A DNA stretch of 63,877 nt, the filler included, from Octopus bimaculoides (Eukaryota): the NCBI RefSeq assembly GCF_001194135.2. It is 5 parts of 5 records of this genome, joined end to end, with 100 filler letters (N's around TTAATTAATTAA, not from the genome) between each part and the next. Parts side by side here need not be neighbours in the genome. Positions count along the whole stretch, not along the records: positions 35,286 to 62,457 come from NC_068994.1; positions 62,558 to 63,877 come from NW_026396673.1; 3 more parts are not named here. The stretch is one strand, 5' to 3'. Positions 52,577 to 63,877 of the stretch are shown one piece after another; position 1 is the first letter of the stretch; each line of letters opens with the position of its first letter. The position numbers were made by a program, and so were the translations under genes. A model generated the notes under the pieces. The model saw only the letters and a program-made list of their open reading frames with translations, searched no databases and was not told where the DNA came from.

Positions 52577-53539
52577 TCACCACCACCACCACCACAAATA
52601 CCACAACCATTGCCACTACCACCACCACCACCACCACCACTGTTACAATCATTAGCACTGCTAATATCAACTAACTCCATCACCAGTATCACCACGACCA
52701 CCACCACCTCCACTAATTCTTTAGATGAGAGAAGTGTCTGTTATTTAGTAGAATAAGGCTTCCAGAACTAAAAGACTTCTTGTGACTAACACTTTGTTTA
52801 GATAAATACCTTAGTGTGGAACTACATTATTGGACTGGAATAAGCAACTTACTTACAGGAAACACACTGCTTGAAAGCATATTCGTGGAAAGATAAATTG
52901 CTAGAAAGAGAAACTAGTTGGAAACATATTAAGTGACATTAAATACATTAAGAGTCATACGCATTGCAAAATATTTGTAGAAATACATATTTATGGATAA
53001 ATATACAAATACATCAGAATTTAATATTGTCTAATTTTCTTTTCCATTTTTCTTTTGAAATCTGGATTGTTCTTTATTTATTAGAAAATATAATGTCAAT
53101 TGAAATACATTGAAAGTTAATCTTGATTATTTTTTTAACAATTTATCATAATTTTAAAATAATGTACATGCTTGATAAAAAATCCCTTTGTAATGTGCAG
53201 GTAAAAAGTTAGGCAAAATGGGTAAGATCTCCTCTCATGTCCTTTGCCTACTTATTCTTGGGATGGTCATAGAGACAGAGTCCTCAAGCATTTCTTTCAT
53301 TAGATTCTGCCGGACATAACTGTATCCACTTGATCCTGTTGGATTCCCAAATGAGACCAACTGAGCACATGGATGTTTAACAGGCTTCTTGTTTGTGGTC
53401 TACCTTTGGGTCTCCTGTAACAACTGTCCAGTGATTATTTCCTGAGACATTCTTACCAGATTTGGACGGACTTGTGATAAGAAATATGTAAGTTATATTC
53501 AAAAATGAAAACAATGAAAAAATATATTGTATTACTTGT

Positions 53540-53898
53540 GGCTTGCTTCCCAACCACATGGTTCTGGGTTTTGTCCCACTGCCTAGTACCTTGGGCAAGT
53601 GTCTTCTACTATAGCCCCAGGCTGACCAAAGCCTTGTGAGTGGATTTAGTTTACAGATACTGAAAGAAGCCTGTTGTATGTATGTGTGTGTGTGTGTGTG
53701 TGTGTGCGCTTGACAACCAATATTGGTATGTTTATGTCCCTGTAACTTCGTGGTATCACAAAAGAGAACTATGGAATAAGTATTAAGCTTAAAAATAAGT
53801 ACTCGGGTCAATTCGTTTAACTGAAACCCTTCAAGACGGTGCTCCAGTATGGCCACAGTCAAATGAATCAAAGAAGTAAAAGATAAAAGGTAAAAGAT
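53540..53898 (+). mobile_element. SINE family S1, near full length
   Basis: Head gcttgcttcccaaccacatggttctggg; tail gctccagtatggccacagtcaaatg. Confidence 0.88.
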
Positions 53899-54544
53899 AT
53901 AGGTTCTTTAATGATCCTATAATATTTCAGGAAAGGTGTCCATTTTTGTGACACAACCAACCGGTAATGACACATTTCTCAGAACTCTTTGATAATTTCC
54001 TTCCTTCTTTTTGCACAACACAACAAGAATGGCATGCTGTTCACAACACATTTCTCTAAAGTCTTTGATTATTTTCTTCTATTTGAAAAGGTGAATCTTT
54101 CCCGAACTATTATACAATCATTAAACAAAGTATAAAAGGCTGTAAAATGTCTCATCTTTTTTTCCATTTACTGACATCATCATTATAAACATTTTGTGTT
54201 ACTTTTCACCTGCATCGCTTTTTTTTTTTTCAAACATTTATATAATTTGCACATATTGCAATGCTTGAAGCAAATTTTGATGCTCTTAATATAATATTAA
54301 AAATATAAAAAATATAATATTAAAATGATAAGAAAATATTATTTATTTTCATTGAAATATATTTTCACTTTTTTTTTATATATATTTGTGCTAATGTCTA
54401 TTATAACGCCCAACACATACAACTGAACTTTTTCAAATTGTTTAGTGATAATTGTAATAATAATAATAATGATTTCTAAGACAGTGATATCACCATGACC
54501 TTGACCTTATGATAAGTGCCACACATATATGTATGTGCGTGTGT

Positions 54545-54790
54545 GAATGTAGGATGCACTAGTGATTAGAGTGTTACACTCTCGATCACAAGACCGTGGT
54601 TTCGATTCCTAGACTGGGCGGTGCATTGTGTTCTTGAGCAAAACACTTTGACTCATGTTGCTCTGGGATCGCTTCGGCACCTGATGCATGGTACACCGTG
54701 CACCTGCTCAGGTAGCATCAATTTCATGGAAGTAGTGAGCTAATGTATGCCACATACATTTAATCACTACAAACAAACCATTTGTGCGGG
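54545..54790 (+). mobile_element. Diverged tRNA-derived SINE (S3/S4-related)
   Basis: tagtgattagagtg...gtggtttcgattcctagactgggcg...gttcttgagcaaaacac. Confidence 0.7.
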
Positions 54791-54960
54791 TCGCTCAGCA
54801 AAAGCTGAATGCTTATACAACGTATTTGACAGGAGAGTCCATCATTTATAGACACACTGACACACATATATATATACACACCTTATACATACATACATAC
54901 ATACATATGCAAACGTGTGCGAACACGATCCCAAGGACATACATTTTAATTCTGTTCCAG

Positions 54961-55000
54961 CATAACACAATTAAATACTGCTATTATTATCATGGTGATG
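54961..55000 (+). CDS. Candidate exon (phase 0-1, 40 nt)
   Basis: Strong acceptor acattttaattctgttccag and strong donor ATG|GTAAGT; reads HNTIKYCYYYHGD. Confidence 0.45.
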
Positions 55001-55952
55001 GTAAGTGCAGTAAAGCAAGAGTTAATTTCCTGACACGTATAGTATGTTCCTTGGTTTCAATTCCCGGTTAAGAGTGATATTTCATTCCACTCAAGTTACT
55101 AATGCCTTTGAGAAAGCATTAAGGCTGCACTACCCATTTTCATCCCTAAAACAGAGAATTTGTGCCATGTTAAGAAGAAATCAATATTAAGAGGAATATG
55201 ATTCTAAATGAATTGACTTATAACTTCCACTAAAAGCAGCGCTGAATAGCCTTGAGTAAGGGAGGTTACTCTTCTTAGCTTCATCTACTAAGAAAGAAAT
55301 TAGGTTATAAATACAATATTGATGTCAGCTGAATTGAAGTTAAATCGGTTTTATTTCTTTTTACTTGGTTGTCATTGGACCACGGCCATGCTGGAGCACC
55401 ACTTGAAAACTTCAGTTGAACAAATCGCCCTCATTACTTATTTAAAAAAAAATTTTTTAAAGCCTGGTACATTTTCTATCATTCTTTATTTCTGAACTAC
55501 TAGTTTACAATGATGTAAACAAACTAGGACCAGATTTCAAATGGAGTTGGGGACAAACTCAAACAGAAAGACACACACACACACACATACACTCGCATAC
55601 GCGCGCGCGCATTTGCCCCCATCTTCGACCCCCCAAGAAATATATTAACTTTTGTGATGGAAGATTTCAATTTTATATATAAATATATATATCATCAGAA
55701 TGCAGACCTGTCACCAGTGCTGCTGCTCCTCTAAATGAAAACCATACCTGTCATTGTGATTTTATGGCAAAGCAGACCTTGGTGTTCACTCAAGAAAACA
55801 CATAGTTGATGATCCACAAGCACTTGAGCAAACTGAGTCCTCAACTTGTCCTATTTAGAAAATGGTTTGCAGGGCACCATCAGGCCTCAAGTGATACATT
55901 CATGTCTACAGAACATGAATACTGCTTTATTTCACCGAACCCTCATTTGTCA

Positions 55953-55994
<42 letters not shown>

Positions 55995-56292
55995 NNNNNN
56001 NNNNNNNNNNNNNNNNNNNNNNNNNNNNNNNNNNNNNNNNNNNNNNNNNNNNNNNNNNNNNNNNNNNNNNNNNNNNNNNNNNNNNNNNNNNNNNNNNNNN
56101 NNNNNNNNNNNNNNNNNNNNNNNNNNNNNNNNNNNNNNNNNNNNNNNNNNNNNNNNNNNNNNNNNNNNNNNNNNNNNNNNNNNNNNNNNNNNNNNNNNNN
56201 NNNNNNNNNNNNNNNNNNNNNNNNNNNNNNNNNNNNNNNNNNNNNNNNNNNNNNNNNNNNNNNNNNNNNNNNNNNNNNNNNNNNNNNNNNNG

Positions 56293-56362
<70 letters not shown>

Positions 56363-57297
56363 TTTAGAATTATTAGCAACAGAAGCATTATTAATCCCAA
56401 AATGCAATATTTATCCCCAGTTAAAAGTTGGAACACACAGTACAGTGGTAGTCACCACGAGAGAAGTTCTCATATTAGATTCTAGTGCATAAATGCACTT
56501 TTATTTATATTGCTGGGTGGAGGGAATAAATCACCTGTCACTACCACTGCCAAAACCACCAAATCATGTGATTTCAGTTCAGCCTTCCATGGCCTTGTCA
56601 ATGATGGATGCGCAAACGTCATGATGAAGATGACGACGACAATGATGATGATGGTGGTTACAGTGGTGAGGATGGTGATGATAACATTGATGACCATGAT
56701 GATGACAATGATGATAACAATGTCGAAAAGTATCATCCTTTATTTAATCTAGGTCAACGTGTTAAAAAAATGGACATCAAAATACGAAATATAATTATCA
56801 GACTGTTCTTTACACCAATAATCATCTTGGCAAGTGTTATAACAAACTGAGTTTATCACCTTAGTATTCATTAACAGCTCATATTTCTCAGCATTCAGCC
56901 TGAAAAAGTATCAAAGTATCAGGTCCTGAAGAGTATCATACACATAAATAAGCGATGTCCCATTAATGCTTAAAGTACATTTTCACTCGCTGCTGGTTCT
57001 CAGTGCTGTCAAGCCCTTGGTGAATTATGATGGTGGGAACCTTGCAATCAAAGGTATTATTCAAGTAATAATCTTCCTGTCTTCTATTCATATAGATATA
57101 ATGTATTTGGGACTGCATTTCACTTGAAACAGGCAGATTAAATTATTGATTCTACATCTGCAAGAAGAATAATAGAATACGTTTTTTAGTATGACTAGTA
57201 TGGTAGTCGTGGTGGTGGTGGTGGTGGTGGCGATGGCGACGGCGACGAGGAGGAGGAGGAGGATGGTGATGAGGATGATGATCATGATAATAATAAT

Positions 57298-57445
57298 AAC
57301 TGTTTCAAATTTTGACACAATTTGTAGGCAGTTTTAGTGAGAGAAGGCGTTGTTGATTTCATCAGACTCACTAAATCAACTGCTACTTTTTTTTTTATTG
57401 ACCTCGGAAAAACGAAAGGCAAATTTGACCTTGGATGGATTAGAG
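57298..57445 (-). mobile_element. SINE family S2, diverged
   Basis: tgtttcaaattttgacaca tail; aaaacgaaaggcaaatttgacct core. Confidence 0.7.
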
Positions 57446-57489
57446 CTTGATATGTAAAGACTTGGAAGAAATGTCTTTTTTTCTTCTTT

Positions 57490-57908
57490 CTTTCAAATTT
57501 TCTTCCATTTCTTGCCGAGTGTTTTCCGTACACCTAGGGCAGAGAAACTCGTATGCATTCCCAGTTTACACACGCAAATTCACAGGTAAAATATGTATTT
57601 AAAAAAAAAAATTAATAAATAAATAAATTCATGAATGGATGTTGTTTTCACAGCGATAATACTCTTCTCAGTACATGAGTTGTTCCAGTTAACATGATTT
57701 TTTGCACTTCCTGTAGGGATGGTAAGCCTGGTATCATTTTCAAATAGGTTTCAGTACCTTTTTTATCATTCCTAGAGATCCTACAATCACTGGTATGGTA
57801 GTCGCCTTGAGGTGCCACATTTTTTCAATTTCTATTCAACTTCAAGTCTTCATATTTACTGATCTTGTCAAATTCTTTCGTCGCTATATTATGATCGCAA
57901 GGAATACT
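57490..57908 (-). mobile_element. 5'-truncated R4/Dong-clade LINE C-terminus and 3' UTR
   Basis: 57908 to 57648 reads SIPCDHNIATKEFDKISKYEDLK/EIEKMWHLKATTIPVIVGSLGMIK/GTETYLKMIPGLPSLQEVQKIMLTGTTHVLRRVLSL*; the 5' junction abuts (AAT)n. Confidence 0.92.
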
Positions 57909-58901
57909 ATTATTATTATTATTGTGTGTGCCTGTGTGAGAGAGAGAGAAAGAGAGAGAGTGTGTCAGTAAGTGAGTAGTCACAAAGTATTGTGAAGACT
58001 CAATTAAGTTGAAGTGTAAAATATTTACTTATTGAAGTACAGTATACAATTATTCATATGATGCCTACCACTGGTTTCATATAAGAAGCAAGTTCATTTT
58101 CATGCCACTGCAATGTTCAAGTGAGAACTGCTGTAACTTTGTGAGGTTGTTGAATTATTACTGACGGTGTGAGTGCAGCCTTTTGCTATGTCAGTTTATT
58201 GGATCATTTCTTGCGTCACCTAATCTTTCTGTTGTCTTTTACTTGTTTTAGTCATTGGACTGCAGCCATACAACCCAAATATTTAGTTTTTTTTTTTTTT
58301 AACCTGGTATTTATTCTGCCAGTCTTTTTAGCTCAACCACTAAGTTACAGTGATGTACAAAACTGAGACTGATTGTCAAGCAGTGTGAGGGAAAAACACA
58401 AGCACAAAAGCACATACAAATGTACACATTTATACTTGGCTGTGGGTGAGTGTATGTGTATGTGTGTAAATATACAAACATGCATACAAACATATATATG
58501 TGTTCTTTTATTCTTTATTAGTATCAGTCATGCAGCTACAGTCATGCTGGAGCACCATGTATATATATAAAAATATGCATACATATATATATATATGTGT
58601 GTATATATATTATCATGGTCGTTTAAGGTTCACCTTCCATGCTAGGTCCATAAGGTTCACCTTTCATCCAGGTGGGCTATATATAAATACACATTCACAC
58701 ACACACACATTCACACACACATATATACAGGTAGATGTAGGTATGTACATATATGTATGTACATATGCATATGCTCACATATCATTTGTATTATATATAC
58801 ATACACACACACACACACACACACATATATGTACATAAACATATATATGCATATGTGTGTGTATGTATGTATATGTGTATATGTGTATATATATATATAT
58901 C

Positions 58902-60178
58902 TCAGGCAGGTCATTAAGAATGAAATGACTGATATTGAACTGATAGTTTATTGTACTTTATCTCAACAAAAAGCAATGCATTTAATCAAAGTATGCACCT
59001 AAGTTATCAACACAATTTTGTCATTTTATCGGTAGCTTATTTATGCTGCCAGTGAAGAATTCTGGAGAAGAAAAGGTGATGAAATCACGAAAGGCTGTTT
59101 TTGCATCTTCTTCAGATTTGAAGCTTTTTCCATGCAAAATGAAAATGTGATAGTCAGTTGGTACAAGATCTGGTGAATATGATGGATGATAGAGTACATC
59201 CAAGTTCAGTTCCTGTAACTCAAGTAGCATTCTTTGTGTAACATGCTGTCAAGCATTGTCTTGCAAAAGAATAGGCCTGCTCTATTGACCAATCTCTATT
59301 TGTTTAATTGCAAGTTCACTCAACATTTCATCCAGTTAGTTGATGTATACATCTGCTGTAATTGACTCACTTGATCCCATGAAGCTCTAGTAGATGACAC
59401 CAGCGCTGGACCACCAAACATATACCGTTAGCTTTTTTTGGTGAATATTCTTTTTTGGATTGTGTTTTGGCACTTTGTCTCTATCCAACCACCATGCAGA
59501 CTGCTTACTGTTGTTGAAAAGAATCCTTTTTTTTTATATCTTATGTAATAATATGATGCAAAAATGGTTCACTTTTAAGCCATGACAACAAAGAACAGCA
59601 AGTTTCAAAATGCTGTGTCATTTAATGCTCATTCAGTTCATGTAGTACCCACTTATCCAGCTTCTTTTCCTTGCTTATTTGTTTCAGATGGTCCAATACA
59701 GTTGGAATCGAAGCATCAAACATTGCTGCTAACGCATGTGTAGTTTGAGATGTATCCACTTCCACTACAGTTTCCAGCTCATCATTATCCACCTTGGTCT
59801 CAGATCTCCCACAGGGCTGATTTTCAAGAATAAAGTCACAAGACCAGAACTTCTCAAACCATCGATATACAGTGTGCTCATCCATCACATCTTCACCAAA
59901 TGCCTCATTGATGTTTCAAGTTGTCTGAGATGCATTGGTTCCATGATGGAACTCATATTCATAAACAACAAAAGTTTTTATCTATCCAGGGATTCACAAA
60001 ATTTGATTTACAAGAGAAAACTCACAATATAATCAGACACCATGGATTACATTTTGAAAAGTGATGATGTATCTCTTCAATGTTGTAAAACAAAGAATTT
60101 TCAGAATAAAACATTAGAGCTAATGACTGTCAAACTTGAGGCATAAGAAAATCGAACATTTCATTCTTAATGACCTGA
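58902..60178 (-). mobile_element. Full-length decayed mariner (DD34D) transposon, about 1.28 kb
   Basis: 21-bp perfect TIR CAGGTCATTAAGAATGAAATG (58907-58927 and 60157-60177), in TA context. Transposase remnants EYEFHHGTNASQT..NINEAFG, YRWFEKF, WVLHEL, HPSYSPDLVPTDYHIF, with stops and frameshifts. Confidence 0.95.
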
Positions 60179-61911
60179 TATATGTATGTATGTCATTGTT
60201 CAGTTTTATTTCAAGATTTCTAGCCTAGATTCAAAGATCCTTCATTGGAATTTCAACATCAACAACAGGGTATTTTTGTTTGTATGTATGTATGTATGAA
60301 GACACACACACACACACATAGTTCATTTCACATGCCTTTATCAATGAAACCTCATTGTAATAAATTTTAATATATATATATATATATATANNNNNNNNNN
60401 NNNNNNNNNNNNNNNNNNNNNNNNNNNNNNNNNNNNNNNNNNNNNNNNNNNNNNNNNNNNNNNNNNNNNNNNNNNNNNNNNNNNNNNNNNNNNNNNNNNN
60501 NNNNNNNNAACATGCGTGCACACACACACACAAACGAGGGGTTTCTTTTAGTATCTATCTATCAAATTCACTCACAAGGCTCAGGATCATAGTATGCCAA
60601 GTTGCTGCAGAGTAAGACTGAACCTAAAACCATGTGGTTGCAAAACAGGTTTCTTAACCACGAATCTATAGCTGTGCCTATGTTTACATTTGGTGAGGAG
60701 AGATGAAGCAGTGTTTCTATTCTTGTTTTTGTTTTGTAATTTATCTGTTAATCTAATTTAAGCATTTTCCTTTTATATTTCTTTCTTTTTTTGTCCAGTC
60801 TGTTTCTTTAATTAGAACTGGGTGGTGTGTTTCCTAATGCATTTCAGATGTGTTACTCTTCATGGTAAAGTGATTTTGTTGAATTTTGTTTTGGTCAAGG
60901 TTTGAGGGCTGAAAGACTTCTGCATGTGCATGCTGGTATTGCTGTGCATATGTTTGGGTATATTTTGTTGGTAAGGACTGGGCTTAATTATTCATATATA
61001 TTTCATGTATACTGTTTATATTAGTCCAACTGGTGTCCTCATCCAACTAATATAAACAATATATATAATATAAATACCTCACGTCAACAATATAAAACTG
61101 TATTTATTTTTTGTTGTTTAATTTCTATGCTGTTGGATTTATAGAGTAAATGTAATGTTGTATATTGAATTTATGTGTTAAACTAATTAAAGTTGTAAAA
61201 TGTTTTTTTTTTCTTTCAGTCAATTCTGCTTTATTTGAAAAATGTAAACCTTTTATGAGAGAGTTTGAAAGTGACTTCTATGGTTATTGATATTATTATC
61301 CATGGTTGACTGACTTTTGTGAATATGTGTTTTGAATTTTAGTTTAGTCAAGATAGAAAGGTTTAAAAGGGAAATGTATTGTTGTTTAATGAATTCATTT
61401 GTTAAACTAATTAAAAATGTTCATGCACACATACATATACATGTATACATACATTAAAATGACACATAATTACAGCTAATAATGAACAGAACCTTGAAAA
61501 TAAAATGTAATAAAAATATTATTTTCACTTTATTGAACACTCTCTTATTACAATACGTATATTTTTACAGAACTGCAATAACATAACCTATTATAGTTTT
61601 GTGTGTGTGTGTGCACATGTGTGCGTGCATGTATGTGTGTGCATGCATGTGCACACACATCCACACATAGAGAATATACAAAATCTCCCACATACACCAA
61701 ACAGGCCAACAACCAAAGAAAAAAGCAAATGCAGGAGTGGCAATATGAAATTCCATCATCCTGAAGAAATCAGTCAAAGAAGAATATACAAAATCATGGT
61801 GGTGTTCCAGCATGACCACAGCAACATGACTGAAATAAAAAAGTGAATATAAAGAATATATATATATATATATACACATACACGACACACAATCTGTGTC
61901 CTTATATTTCC

Positions 61912-62457
61912 GAATAGGAGAGGTTGTATATATATATTTGAGAGAATGTACGAAAAAACAACAGACGAGGACAGGTGGTGTAAATAACAAAAGGATGTAT
62001 TAGTATGACGCTCAGGAATACGGAAAGTCTTTGACGTTTCGAGCTACACTCTTCAACAGAAAGAATACGAAGACAAGGAGAAAAACACGGAGAAAGAAAA
62101 TTGAATAGTGTTCAGTCAACAGTCAATCATAATAATGGCTAATAATGGCTGACCAGAAGTTAGAAATTCTTTTTTCAGGAGAGCTAAGAAAANNNNNNNN
62201 NNCTAATAATGGCTGACCAGAAGTTAGAAATTCTTTTTTCAGGAGAGCTAAGAAAAGGGGGAGATAACAAACGGTGATCGAAGAACGAGGGGCTGTGTGC
62301 ATGGGAGATAGGATGCTGGTGATCTTGACGTATGTAGTGTGAAAATGGGGAGGGGAGAAAGGAGTTGGTCAGTTGTAGTGCGTGTGTGGTGAGGTGGGGA
62401 AGGCATGGGTGGAGTGTGGGTTAGGCTGAGGGCGGGGTAGAGGTAGGGGTGTAAGGA
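61912..62457 (-). mobile_element. Penelope-like element end (pLTR region)
   Basis: Contains a PLE-type hammerhead motif; C/T-rich on the - strand. Confidence 0.6.
62028..62064 (-). ncRNA. Minimal hammerhead motif with A6U core variant
   Basis: TCTTT-CTGTTGA-A-GAGT(gta)GCTC-GAAAC-GTC-AAAGA: perfect stem I, GUC site, palindromic ACGT stem III. Confidence 0.6.
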
Positions 62458-62557
62458 NNNNNNNNNNNNNNNNNNNNNNNNNNNNNNNNNNNNNNNNNNN
62501 NTTAATTAATTAANNNNNNNNNNNNNNNNNNNNNNNNNNNNNNNNNNNNNNNNNNNN
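62458..62557. other. Artificial 100-bp scaffold spacer
   Basis: 44N-TTAATTAATTAA-44N. Confidence 0.95.
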
Positions 62558-62977
62558 TTCAGCAATAATCTGTTATTTCGAACATAAATGTGAAAACGAA
62601 ATGAAGCAATAAGATACTTATCAAAAGCAGACAAACGAAGGAACTGACACCAGACATGAGTTAGAAACATACGAATTCTCCAAAGGTTATATATTGCATC
62701 AAGAAAAAGAACACAGCAAATTAAAAGCTATGCATACATAGTCGCTTTGGAAGTCAGAATTACTAAATGTCATGTACGTTAATATAAACATACAGATATG
62801 CTCTAGATGTTGCATATCATTCCCCTCATCATCGTGTAGCACAGTTGGGTTGCTGTAACTACATGTATNNNNNNNNNNNNNNNNNNNNNNNNNNNNNNNN
62901 NNNNNNTTACATATTTCACGTGTAAACAGTGAAGCCAAACACTGAAAGCGAGCAAAATTATTCCCAAATAGACTCAC

Positions 62978-63007
62978 CAACTGTAGATTCAATTTCAGAT
63001 GGTTTTT
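62978..63007 (-). CDS. 30-nt symmetric phase-1 microexon (E)KPSEIESTV
   Basis: attttatatttcgtccag|AAAAACCATCTGAAATTGAATCTACAGTTG|GTGAGT. Confidence 0.85.
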
Positions 63008-63309
63008 CTGGACGAAATATAAAATATGGTACAATAAGTACATAGGTGAAATAATTTATACACAAACACATATTTGTGTCTAAAGGTTTTTAAATGCTTA
63101 CGCATGTTATTGTACATTATTATGTCTTAAATATGTATTTGTTATACTGATATTTACATTTACAAATTGTGTATGTTACTAAGCTTAACTGAAGCATATT
63201 TACCGCTTTTATTTACTCTTTTACAAATACTACAAATTTATTTGAACCAGAATTATTTCCTAACAATAAATTCAAAAATGCATAGGGAAACTTATCAGTA
63301 TGTGCTTAC

Positions 63310-63339
63310 CAATTCGGGATTCGGTTTCTCTAACAATTT
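63310..63339 (-). CDS. 30-nt symmetric phase-1 microexon (E)IVRETESRI
   Basis: CTAAC branch motif...attaattccacag|AAATTGTTAGAGAAACCGAATCCCGAATTG|GTAAGC. Confidence 0.85.
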
Positions 63340-63442
63340 CTGTGGAATTAATAATACCATGAGTTAGCTTTTGTCTTTATCAATTAGTAAAATGAACAAA
63401 GCTTTGCTCTCAATATATACGATTAAATCTACACGGATATCC

Positions 63443-63472
63443 CAATTCGGGATTCGGTTTCTTTAATAATTT
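63443..63472 (-). pseudogene. Duplicated 30-nt microexon (E)IIKETESRI without a canonical donor
   Basis: Intact acceptor ttccacag, but followed by GGATAT rather than GT. Confidence 0.6.
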
Positions 63473-63773
63473 CTGTGGAATTAACAACAGCATGAGTTAG
63501 CTTTTGCCTTTATCAATTAGTAAAATGAACATAGCTTTGCTTTCAATATATACGAATATTCGTCAGCAAACTTCTCTAGAAATTATTCTATTTTTGCATA
63601 CTATGGAGAAAATGATTTAATATTAAATATTTTAAAAGCAAATATGTCTTACATATTAGTTCATAGCTATGAAAATTATATACTTAATCTTTATTTGAAT
63701 AAATGTAACAGCTAAAAATATAAAGAATGATATACTAATATATTTTCATTGAAACTACTTAGGAAACACTTAC

Positions 63774-63803
63774 CAACAGTGGCGTCGACCTCAGAGGGTT
63801 GTT
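63774..63803 (-). CDS. 30-nt symmetric phase-1 microexon (E)QPSEVDATV
   Basis: ttttattctatgttcag|AACAACCCTCTGAGGTCGACGCCACTGTTG|GTAAGT. Confidence 0.88.
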
Positions 63804-63877
63804 CTGAACATAGAATAAAAAGATTGTGACAATAGAGAACTGACCTCCAATACAATGTAAAAACAAATATATGTAAA

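Larger units (their letters stand above)
63309..63555. repeat. 133-bp period tandem duplication covering the 3' intron end and a microexon
   Basis: 63309-63422 vs 63442-63555, few substitutions. Confidence 0.95.

Noticed and set aside
60690-61060. Possible Penelope GIY-YIG remnant on - (VLIKETDWTKKERNIK)
   Set aside because: Only a short, weak motif; not enough to call.
62794-62852. Possible next exon of the microexon gene (NPTVLHDDEGNDMQHLEHI, donor GTATGT)
   Set aside because: The visible acceptors give phase 2, incompatible with the phase-1 array; a true acceptor could lie in the adjacent gap but cannot be seen.

Overview
AT-rich, microsatellite-saturated eukaryotic genomic DNA. The SINE/LINE repertoire looks like an Octopus-type cephalopod (recognition from memory, not a database hit). 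Four identical 100-bp spacers (44 N + TTAATTAATTAA + 44 N) split the window into five probably unrelated scaffolds: 1-13944, 14045-22715, 22816-35185, 35286-62457 and 62558-63877. Almost every ORF in the supplied track is a microsatellite or N-run artefact. Real host-gene signal found by reading splice sites: (i) two coding exons of a PMP-22/EMP/claudin-superfamily tetraspan gene on + (15714-15863, 17495-17733), with a plausible alternative C-terminal exon (18993-19064); (ii) three homologous, symmetric 30-nt microexons on - in the last 1.3-kb scaffold (EQPSEVDATV, EIVRETESRI, EKPSEIESTV), plus a tandem-duplicated copy lacking its donor; (iii) a weaker candidate + strand exon chain in scaffold 4. 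The rest is mobile DNA: R4/Dong-clade LINE pieces joined to (AAT)n tracts, Penelope-like RT and GIY-YIG remnants and pLTR foldbacks carrying minimal hammerhead ribozyme motifs, RTE 3' ends, a CR1-type endonuclease fragment, a Gypsy integrase fragment, a Helitron Rep fragment, a full-length decayed mariner, hAT and mariner MITEs, and many tRNA-derived SINEs of at least four families.
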